32,000 bases of DNA from Candidatus Saccharimonadota bacterium (GTDB lineage Bacteria; Patescibacteriota; Microgenomatia; UBA1406; GWC2-37-13). Under the pieces are notes generated by a model. That model saw only the letters and a list, made by a program, of their open reading frames with translations, had not been told where the DNA came from and ran no database searches. The stretch lies in the NCBI GenBank assembly GCA_001790095.1, contig MGBH01000001.1:360001-392000 (forward strand). The letters run 5' to 3'. The position numbers and the translations under genes were made by a program. Positions 10,208-18,200 of this stretch are shown here, piece by piece (the first letter of the stretch is position 1; each line of letters starts with the position of its first letter).

Positions 10208-10525
10208 ATGGCACAATTTTGTGTGGTTAAAACAGGAGGAAAACAGTACGTAGCTACAGAAAAGGACTTTTTGGTAGTGGACCGTATGGATGCAAAAGAA
10301 AAAGACAAGATAGAACTTGAGACCTTGGCTGTGTTTGATGAAAAGGGTGATATCAATCTTGGAGCGCCCAACCTTCCTACAAAGACAGAGGCGACTGTAA
10401 TAGAACATCTTAAGGGAGAAAAATTAAGGATTTCGAAATTTAAAGCCAAGGTGCGTTATCGAAGAGTAACAGGATTTAGATCAAAACTCACCAAAATACA
10501 AATTACTAAAATCCCACAGATTTAA
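10208..10525 (+). CDS. rplU: 50S ribosomal protein L21
   Basis: The N-terminus MAQFCVVKTGGKQYVATEKD matches the L21 signature (..IKTGGKQY.V). Size is right and it is followed by rpmA. Confidence 0.95.
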   Translation: MAQFCVVKTGGKQYVATEKDFLVVDRMDAKEKDKIELETLAVFDEKGDINLGAPNLPTKTEATVIEHLKGEKLRISKFKAKVRYRRVTGFRSKLTKIQITKIPQI

Positions 10526-10534
10526 CTTTATTAT

Positions 10535-10780
10535 ATGGCACATACAAAGGCCCAAAGGGCTGTTCGAGGCAATAGAGACTCAGCTCCTAAAAAAAGAGGA
10601 GTTAAAAAATTTGGAGGAGAACTTGTCATTCCTGGCAACATCATCATCAGACAAAAAGGTACAAAGTTTAAGGCTGGTGAGGGTACGATGCTTGGAAATG
10701 ACTTTACTATCATGGCAACAAAAAAAGGCGTTGTGACATTTAAAGTGCGATACGGTCAAAAATACGTCTTCGTCAAATAA
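10535..10780 (+). CDS. rpmA: 50S ribosomal protein L27
   Basis: MAHTKAQRAVRGNRDSAPKKRGVKKFGGELVIPGNIIIRQKGTKF is the canonical L27 N-terminal region. Confidence 0.95.
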   Translation: MAHTKAQRAVRGNRDSAPKKRGVKKFGGELVIPGNIIIRQKGTKFKAGEGTMLGNDFTIMATKKGVVTFKVRYGQKYVFVK

Positions 10781-10823
10781 CCAATTTTTAGCATCTTTCT
10801 TTCATACATGATAAAATGATTAT

Positions 10824-11366
10824 ATGCATGAGGACATTGAAGCCATATATGAACAGATAAAAAAAGAAGAGAATTTTATCACAAAGGCAAAGCTTCTTCG
10901 TTTCCTAGTCGTTGACAAAGAGATAAGAATAAAAGACATAAGTAAAAAAATAGGAATAAAGGAATCATATATTTGTCATATTCTTAGGCTTAATAAGTTG
11001 ACTGACATGATTGTAGATGGATATTATTCAAAGCTTATTTCAATAAGTCATCTATTTATCATATCCCGATTAAAGACAAATGAAGACATCTCAAAAGCAT
11101 ATGAGAAAGTGTTATCAGATAGCTTGACTGTTGGCCAAACGGAGGAACTTATTCGAGAAACACTTTATCAGACAAAAACAGTAGGGGAGCATCTCTCAAA
11201 GGATGAGGTTGATAAATCAAGGCAAGATATCAAACTTCTATTTGACGGTGTTGATTTAAAAATAGTTCAAACACGGATAAAAAGCCGATGTATATTAGAT
11301 ATGAAAGGAAGTTTAGCTGAGACAACACCCCTGATCAGACAGATACTAAAAAAGTTAATCTCTTAA
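10824..11366 (+). CDS. ParB/Spo0J-like HTH domain protein lacking the N-terminal ParB/Srx box
   Basis: KDISKKIGIKESYICHILRLNKLTDMIVDGYYSKLISISHLFIISRL...LTVGQTEELI resembles the ParB central HTH plus the sVR.tE.L segment. I saw no GERRxRA-type box. An extended -10 (TGATAAAAT, 10809-10817) lies 6 nt before the ATG. Confidence 0.5.
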   Translation: MHEDIEAIYEQIKKEENFITKAKLLRFLVVDKEIRIKDISKKIGIKESYICHILRLNKLTDMIVDGYYSKLISISHLFIISRLKTNEDISKAYEKVLSDSLTVGQTEELIRETLYQTKTVGEHLSKDEVDKSRQDIKLLFDGVDLKIVQTRIKSRCILDMKGSLAETTPLIRQILKKLIS

Positions 11367-11930
11367 ATTGGTTGGAAATGGATTATTGATGGGTCCGACC
11401 TTGTTTGATGGAAAGTAGCGATAGAATACCAAACCAATCACGCTTGAGGCGGAAATAGGTCCAAACTCCCTTGAATCAGACGATCGCGGACGATTGTCTC
11501 CCATGACAAAAAGTTCTTCTTCAGGCACGATGATTTCCTCTCCGTTTTTTGAAAAGCCTCCCTCCCACAGATTTGTTTTGGCTGAGATGTAGTTCTCAGT
11601 CAATTGAATGTCATTAACATATACTTCTGAGTCCTTAATCATTATTTTATCCCCAGGAAGCCCAACAATACGTTTGATATACTCGATATCAGGGTTTTTA
11701 GGTGATTTGAATACCACCACATCTCCTCTTTCATAAGCACGGAATTTACTTGATATTTTACTTGTGAATATGTAGTCTCCAGAGTTGAAGGTTGGATCCA
11801 TAGATGCACCTTTTACCTGGTTTGGTTGCATTACAAATAAATAAACCACTATGAAAAGGGAGCCAATAAAAACAACCGTTTCAAGTATATCCATCACAAA
11901 CTCAAAGAAGCCTTTAAGTATTTTCAGCAT
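11355..11930 (-). CDS. lepB: Signal peptidase I, bacterial type (S26A, LepB)
   Basis: It has an N-terminal TM helix. Motifs seen: GASMDPTF (catalytic Ser box), YIKRIVGLPGD (catalytic Lys box), GDNRPRSSDSREFG. The 3' end overlaps the convergent ParB-like gene by 12 nt. Confidence 0.9.
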   Translation of the reverse strand: MLKILKGFFEFVMDILETVVFIGSLFIVVYLFVMQPNQVKGASMDPTFNSGDYIFTSKISSKFRAYERGDVVVFKSPKNPDIEYIKRIVGLPGDKIMIKDSEVYVNDIQLTENYISAKTNLWEGGFSKNGEEIIVPEEELFVMGDNRPRSSDSREFGPISASSVIGLVFYRYFPSNKVGPINNPFPTNLRD

Positions 11931-11936
11931 AATCTA

Positions 11937-11965
11937 ATTGTAGTAAAAATAGTTGCAAAAGACAA
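11937..11965 (-). promoter_or_regulatory. Minus-strand promoter TTGTCT-N17-TACAAT for lepB (leaderless geometry)
   Basis: Read on the minus strand, -35 is at 11965-11960 and -10 at 11942-11937. Six nt separate the -10 from the lepB ATG at 11930. Confidence 0.45.
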
Positions 11966-11981
11966 GAATAAAAATTACAAT
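11953..11981 (+). promoter_or_regulatory. Promoter TTGCAA-N17-TACAAT for tRNA-Val (and probably folC)
   Basis: -35 at 11953-11958 and -10 at 11976-11981. The tRNA 5' end at 11995 lies 13 nt after the -10. Confidence 0.55.
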
Positions 11982-11994
11982 AAAGAGGTAAAAT

Positions 11995-12068
11995 GGATCC
12001 ATAGCTCAGTTGGCTAGAGCGTTGCATTCACATTGCAAAGGTCACAGGTTCAAGTCCTGTTGGATCCA
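11995..12068 (+). tRNA. tRNA-Val (anticodon CAC)
   Basis: Hand-folded cloverleaf:
- acceptor GGATCCA/TGGATCC
- D arm GCTC-AGTTGGCTA-GAGC
- anticodon arm TTGCA-TTCACAT-TGCAA (anticodon CAC)
- variable loop AGGTC
- T arm ACAGG-TTCAAGT-CCTGT
- discriminator A
The 3' flank reads CCC, so CCA is not fully encoded. Confidence 0.9.
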
Positions 12069-12073
12069 CCCTA

Positions 12074-13426
12074 ATGACAAAAACATTTTCAGAAGCACTT
12101 ATTTATCTTTATTCTTTTATTCCTAAAGAAACAAAGGGGTTTTTTAGTGAGAAAAAAGGGTTAGATAGAACAAAATATCTTCTTAATCTGATTGGGAATC
12201 CTCAAAACAAATTAAAAGTCATTCATATTGCAGGCACCTCAGGCAAAGGATCAACGGCTTATTACATAAACGCTCTTTTGCACGGGTTTGGATTTAAAAC
12301 AGGTCTTCATATCTCTCCCCACCTACTTGATATTAGAGAAAGAATGCAGATAAACGATAAACTTATTTCACAAAAAGCATTTATTGCCTATATTAACAAA
12401 CTGAAACCGTTTATTAAACAAACCACCCTATCTAAACATGGATCGCCTACGTACTTTGAGATTTTAGTGTGTTTGGCATATTATATATTCTACGATGTAG
12501 GAGTTGATTATGCGGTGGTTGAGACAGGTCTGGGAGGTTGGTATGATGCGACAAATACGGTTGATCGAAGCGATAAGCTATCTCTTATTACCTCAATAGG
12601 CCTTGATCATACGCATATTCTTGGAAAAACAGTTAAGGAAATCGCAAAACAAAAAGCAAAGATTATCACTCAAAACAGTATCGCAGTAGTTCAAGAAAAC
12701 ACAAAAGTTATCCGTGAGGTTATCAAGCAAGAAGCAAGGCAAAAAAATGCGCAGATTTTTTATTTGCCCACTTCAAAGATTATGTCATCTTCAAAAATAA
12801 CGGACAGCGGATTGTCTTTTAATTATATATTTAAAGGCAAGATATATAAAAAAATTAAATCTTCAACCCGGGCTCTTTACCAAGCAGAAAATATATGCAT
12901 GGCCTTGGCAGCCACTCAGATCTTAAGTAGAAGAGACAAATTTTTAATTGCTGAAGAAAAAATCAGAAAGATTGTTACTCAGGTTAGATTTGCAGGAAGA
13001 ATGGAAGAGCTACAAGTACAGGGAAAAAAAATCATATTAGATGGGGCACATAATCCGCAAAAGATGTCAGCCTTTTTTACATCATTAAAGAAAGCATTTC
13101 CCCATAAAAAGATCCATTTTTTGGTTGCTTTTAAAAAAGGAAAAGATATTAAGGAAATGATGAAACTTATTGAACAGCATGCTTTTACCCTTACCATTAC
13201 TACCTTTGTTTTGGAGACACACGATCTCATTCATAGATCCGAAGATCCGTACATCATAAAATCTTATATAAAAAAGCCTATTGAGTTAGAGATTGTTACC
13301 AATCAAATAAGGGCGTTTGATCAAGTACTTATGAAAACAAAGAAAGATCAAATAATGGCTATAACAGGATCTTTATACTTACTAAGTATGATTTATAATC
13401 ATATATATGAATATTCTCGTCATTAA
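12074..13426 (+). CDS. folC: Folylpolyglutamate synthase / dihydrofolate synthase-like Mur-ligase family protein
   Basis: Motifs seen: GNPQNKLKVIHIAGTSGKGST (P-loop in FolC context), HISPHLLDIRERMQIN, ETGLGGWYDATN, DGAHNP. Confidence 0.85.
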   Translation: MTKTFSEALIYLYSFIPKETKGFFSEKKGLDRTKYLLNLIGNPQNKLKVIHIAGTSGKGSTAYYINALLHGFGFKTGLHISPHLLDIRERMQINDKLISQKAFIAYINKLKPFIKQTTLSKHGSPTYFEILVCLAYYIFYDVGVDYAVVETGLGGWYDATNTVDRSDKLSLITSIGLDHTHILGKTVKEIAKQKAKIITQNSIAVVQENTKVIREVIKQEARQKNAQIFYLPTSKIMSSSKITDSGLSFNYIFKGKIYKKIKSSTRALYQAENICMALAATQILSRRDKFLIAEEKIRKIVTQVRFAGRMEELQVQGKKIILDGAHNPQKMSAFFTSLKKAFPHKKIHFLVAFKKGKDIKEMMKLIEQHAFTLTITTFVLETHDLIHRSEDPYIIKSYIKKPIELEIVTNQIRAFDQVLMKTKKDQIMAITGSLYLLSMIYNHIYEYSRH

Positions 13427-13976
13427 CAACGAAACAAGACGTATCGATGAGCTTTGTATTTTACTACAGAATCATATTGTTACCGAGATAACCCCAATGC
13501 ATATTTCAGATAACGATGTTGCAAAAAACGATCTTATTATCCTTACGGGTAGCCATAAGGTTTCCCTTATTGGGCACGAGGCTTATTTTAACAAGGAGAT
13601 TGAACTTATTAAGTCCTGTTCCAAACCTATAATTGGTATTTGTTTGGGGTTGCAGCTCATTGCTTATGCCTATGAGGGTTTTGTAGGTCGAATGCCGGCA
13701 AAACATGATGGAATAAAAAATATCCAAGTAGTGGGGTCTGATCCCATATTTGGTGAAAAAAGCTCATTTAAAGTATATTCAAGTCATCGATGGATGGTAG
13801 AACGGATAGATTTTCCTTTAATTGGTTTAGCACGAAGTGAGGATGGATGGGAGATAGTAAAACACTCAAACAAAAACATATATGGTTTTCAATTTCATCC
13901 AGAAGTACAACAAAAAAACATATTAGATGGCAAATGGCTTTTTGAAAGGATAGTTCAGACAGTTTGTCCTTCTTGA
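13407..13976 (+). CDS. Class I glutamine amidotransferase-like protein (GATase1 / peptidase C26 fold)
   Basis: Nucleophile elbow IGICLGLQLIA (Cys) and FQFHPE (His-Glu) in a 189-aa protein. It overlaps folC by 20 nt. The specific partner or activity cannot be told from sequence. Confidence 0.75.
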   Translation: MNILVINNETRRIDELCILLQNHIVTEITPMHISDNDVAKNDLIILTGSHKVSLIGHEAYFNKEIELIKSCSKPIIGICLGLQLIAYAYEGFVGRMPAKHDGIKNIQVVGSDPIFGEKSSFKVYSSHRWMVERIDFPLIGLARSEDGWEIVKHSNKNIYGFQFHPEVQQKNILDGKWLFERIVQTVCPS

Positions 13977-15202
13977 TTCTTCAATAGCAGTCTTCTTATT
14001 AAAGTAATACTTACTATTATCATAAGATCTAAAACGATAAAGTACCTACAGAAAAACGATGAAGTGTTGGCAAACACAAAGAAGCTGTAGGTAAAGCACT
14101 TATTTATAAGGCGAAATACTAAAAATGTTGCAATAACCCCCGCAAGGCCCATAAGATTATGTTTACGGTTGTTTATATTCTTTGCAACAAGGAAGTAATA
14201 AAGAGAAGCTAGTATTCCCTCCACAAGCAGTATCTGCCACCATAGACAGTTACATGTTTCAATTCCCTTTACTTCACCGATCTGTTCCCTTGTTTCAGGG
14301 GGAGAAAGAGTTGGGGCGGGCGTACTTGTGATGGTGGTTTCACCAGCGACTTCACCCGCCGGCACTGCCGGTCCTCCAAAGAAAGTAGTGAAGAGACCTA
14401 AAACTCCGCCTGAGGGTGCAGACGATGAGCTTTGTGCAGAAGATGATGAGGCTGAGCTTTGTTGTTGACAGTCTGCATAGCGTATCGTGACAGTCTGTGA
14501 AGGGTATCCGTTGTCTGGCTCAGCTTTTACTTCATCGTCTGTTGAGTAGCTGTATCCCGCGACAGCCTTTCCGTCACTTCCTGTATTTACTTCTTGGACT
14601 GATCCTTTATAAGTAAACTTGACTTTTACTCCAGACTGGACAACCCCATTGTCTTTTAACTCCATAATAGCGTCAAAATTGGAGTTAGTACATGATGTGT
14701 AAAGAGAAGAGGTTTTACCGATGGGTTGATCGAGAAATCCTATGGAAAGGTCAAACTTGGTTGAGGTATTTTGATACTCATTTCCAGCATCAAGATCCAT
14801 AGATACAGTAAATGCAAAGGTTTCAGATGACCCATTTCCCAGACTTGTCAAAAGCTCTGTTTCACCGTTTGCATAAAATGAACTTAAAAGTCCAGACCAG
14901 GCTTGTGAACTGTCAGATCTGGTTATAGTAAGATGCATTACATGGTCAAGATTACCGTTGGTTACCTCATTTGATGAATCTGCTCCAACTTTTTGACTGG
15001 TACCGCTTGCATTTGTGATCTGAACCGTTTTTGTCATGGTTTTACCCGGATACCATACTTCTGATGAAGGGAAAAAATTCGTAATAATGGATGGAGTACA
15101 GTCAGAGCTTGTACAGGTTACATTTTCATCAGCCGCAAAAGCTGATTGGGTAACGATCAATAAACCAAACGTCATTAACAGTATCAAAAATATTTTTTTC
15201 AT
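13955..15202 (-). CDS. Secreted protein with an N-terminal TasA/camelysin-like beta-sandwich, a Cna-B-like domain, a Ser-rich linker and a C-terminal 3-4 TM membrane domain (candidate fibre anchor)
   Basis: Domain evidence along the protein:
- Classical signal peptide MKKIFLILLMTFGLLIVTQSAFA|A.
- ...PGKTMTKTVQITNASG...MDLDAGNEYQNTSTKFDLSIGF resembles the PGD...N.G... and gN.YQg...f.f.F.a.Q blocks of TasA/CalY.
- Linker SSASSSSAQSSSSAPSGG.
- Hydrophobic C-terminus (WWQILLVEGILASLYYFLVA, LMGLAGVIATFLVF, YFIVLDLMIIVSITLI).
The start overlaps the upstream stop as ATGA. The ORF is well supported; the function is tentative. Confidence 0.6.
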   Translation of the reverse strand: MKKIFLILLMTFGLLIVTQSAFAADENVTCTSSDCTPSIITNFFPSSEVWYPGKTMTKTVQITNASGTSQKVGADSSNEVTNGNLDHVMHLTITRSDSSQAWSGLLSSFYANGETELLTSLGNGSSETFAFTVSMDLDAGNEYQNTSTKFDLSIGFLDQPIGKTSSLYTSCTNSNFDAIMELKDNGVVQSGVKVKFTYKGSVQEVNTGSDGKAVAGYSYSTDDEVKAEPDNGYPSQTVTIRYADCQQQSSASSSSAQSSSSAPSGGVLGLFTTFFGGPAVPAGEVAGETTITSTPAPTLSPPETREQIGEVKGIETCNCLWWQILLVEGILASLYYFLVAKNINNRKHNLMGLAGVIATFLVFRLINKCFTYSFFVFANTSSFFCRYFIVLDLMIIVSITLIRRLLLKNQEGQTV

Positions 15203-18200
15203 GGTTTAGTCTCCAATAGTATTTCTTTGCCTTCTTTATCTGTCAGCACAACTGTTAATGTCAAATTCTCTGTATCTGTAAGTTTAGTGCACACACCTCC
15301 TGAGCATGTTTCAAGGATAATGCCTTTTGCTTCATACTTGTCCTGGCCAGATAATACTTCCTCCGACGAGGAATTATCCGCAATGATTTTTTTGGTCAAA
15401 CTATTTTCAAGCTTATAGGTTAATTCAGAATAGGCGGTAATGTTTTCCACTATAAATCCTATTGAGTCTTTGGTCTCTGAAAAAATGAGTATTACTTTTG
15501 GATTTTTATCAAGTGCAACTGTTGGCGCAAGAGTTAAAGTAGGGGTGGGTGGTATAGTTTGTTTAAGTTTACGATTATACGGCTCATTTTCCGATCGGTT
15601 TTCAACTCTTGGAGTGCCTCTTATATCTGATCCTGTAACCCCGACGGTAAAAAAGTCTGTATAGGATTGAGCATCAATACATGAGTACCAATTTAAAGGA
15701 TCCGTACCGTCTCCAGGTATTGAGGTACGCTCCATAGAGTAATATTTGAGATTGACAGCATCATATAATCCCTCACCTTCACCATCTGAAAGATTGTACG
15801 TGTAGTCCCAAGCTGAATCAAGCACGTTGTCTAAAGAATCAGTGAGTTGTAGTTGTAGGTGTCCTGCAGCCAAATCAACAGAAGTAGTTACAAGATCGGC
15901 TGTGACTAAAGGTCTCAGCTGACTATCTGAAGAGCCGGGTGTATAGTTTGCTATGAGATAATATCCACGAGCTTCAATGAAAGAAGATGGTAAAGTAATC
16001 ATATCTACATATGTTGATCCATTATATTTTTGAATCTTAAACCCAGTGAGATCAATCGTTCGATCTGTCATATTGCGAAGCTCAATCCATTCATCAGCAG
16101 AGGATACGCTTGAACCCATCCACATAAGCTCATTTATTATAAGATCGCCCGGTGAAACAGTTGTGGCTGGAGAGAGAGGTGTGGTTGTGCTGCTTGTTGT
16201 ATAGATGTCTGACCAATTTGGTGCTTCATCTGCAGCCTTTATTGCAAAATAATAAGTAGTAGAAGGATTGAGGCCCAAGATTTCAATTGTTTCTTCTAGT
16301 CCGGACTCATTAGGTACTGGGCTTTTGCCAGAGGATGTGGCCGTCTCAAAGTTGTCAAGATCAATGGGGGAAGTAGAATATCGTATATCATATTTTGCAG
16401 CCTTTCCTGACGCCCCGTCGTTGCCTGGTGCAGTCCATGATAATGTCGCTGAGTTTGCACCGATTTCATCCACCTGAAGATCTGTTATCTGGGATGGCGC
16501 TTGAGTGTCGGTTATGATCTGAACTCTATAGATCAAGCTCTCATTTCCTGCATTATCAACTGCCTTGTATTCAACCCAATGATCGCCGTGTTCTGTTACC
16601 TGAAATGTTGAGGGAGTTTGTTGCCATGATCCACCTCCAATGCGGTATTCGTAATGGTTTATGCCTGAAGAGGAGTCTGTACCTGATAAAGTATAGATAG
16701 CGTGACCTGGAGCTGATACAAAATAAGTGGTTATCGCATCTACGTAACCCCACGATTGACGGGTGTCATCATAACTGTTGCCTGCATAAATAGCTAGATT
16801 GATGTTTTCGCTATCAGAATAATTACTTAAATCATAGTAGAATTGTTGCCAACCGCTTGATGTTGCGATACCCACATCCGTATCATCAAGTACAGATGGA
16901 TCTAATTTAAATACCTCCTGACCATTTAACCGTATGAAGAAGCCCGGATCATCAAATGGAGCAAAATCATAAGACGCATAGTTATAGTGAAGGGATAAAC
17001 TTTTTGCCCCTCCGGATATCGACTGCATAAGGCGGTTTTCCCAAACTTTATTACCTTGATCGGTCGGATAGGTATAGTTGCCAATCTTTGCCATAGACAA
17101 ACCCTCATATGGATTGATTACCAGATCTGGTTCGGGAGACAATTGAGGAATGGTATCACTAGCTATGACATCTACATCTCCTGCAGTTGTCCAACCGTTC
17201 AATCCGTCTTCTAACCCACCATTAACAACTTTTTCCTCAACAGCCTTGGTATAGGATCCGGTTATCGAAAGAGAGACAGGAGATGGAGCAACACTATCGT
17301 AGACGATTGAACACTCAGAGGACCAGACAGAAATATTATTTGTTTTGTCATATGCTCTTACTTTATAGGTATGGACTCCTTGTCCTGCGTTGAAGACGCC
17401 TGTGTATTGTGAAGAGATGACAAAGGTACTCCATGTACCAATCGTCCCGTCTAGCTTGGGATAGGTGATAAAGTACTCGTATTTCTCTATTTGCCCAGGG
17501 AAAGGATCTATTACATTATCCCAGTCAGCAATTATGCTATAACTATTTGTTGCTCCGCCACAGGAGATGATAGTACCGTCTGCTTTTTTCCATAGCAGGT
17601 TGGTCGGCGCAGGGGGAGCGGTGTTGTCTACTATCACTTTCCAAGCAGGAGTCCAGTCGCTACAGTTATCCAATGTGTCGCAAGCCTTTACATGCCACCA
17701 ATATTCACCGTCCGGCGTGCCTGGAGCTGGTATTTGGGATGCGGAAAGATGGCCTGAAGTATATGCTAAGGGTGAAAATCCCGGATTTCTTGCACTTTGA
17801 TATATATAATAAACAGGGTTATGCATATCTTCATAATCAGTTACATCCGACCAATCCATAACCAATCCAGACGTATTTCTATATGAATTATTAGTAGGAG
17901 ACAAAAGAGTGGGTACGGGCGGAGGTACAAAATCTTTAACTGAAAATGTAACCCCCGACGCAGTAGAAGAGGATACAAAAAGAGCTCTCGATATCTCACT
18001 TACTCCATATATAACCAAGCCGTTTAATATAAAAGCAAGCAATATGACATTTTTTAGCAATGCTTTCCCTTTTTTATTCTTTGTTTTTTCAAGAACTTGA
18101 TTTGTACGTCTTTCTACTTCCTCATCAATACCCAGTTTTATTGTTTTTATCTGAAGAACAGCTAAAATCAAAGCAGGAAAAATCACAATTGCCGCAAACC

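Noticed and set aside
10071-10449. Small ORFs 10071-10253 (+), 10198-10449 (-) and 10202-10408 (-)
   Set aside because: They span the rplU promoter or lie antisense to rplU. Their translations have no recognisable features, and the L21 frame explains the region.
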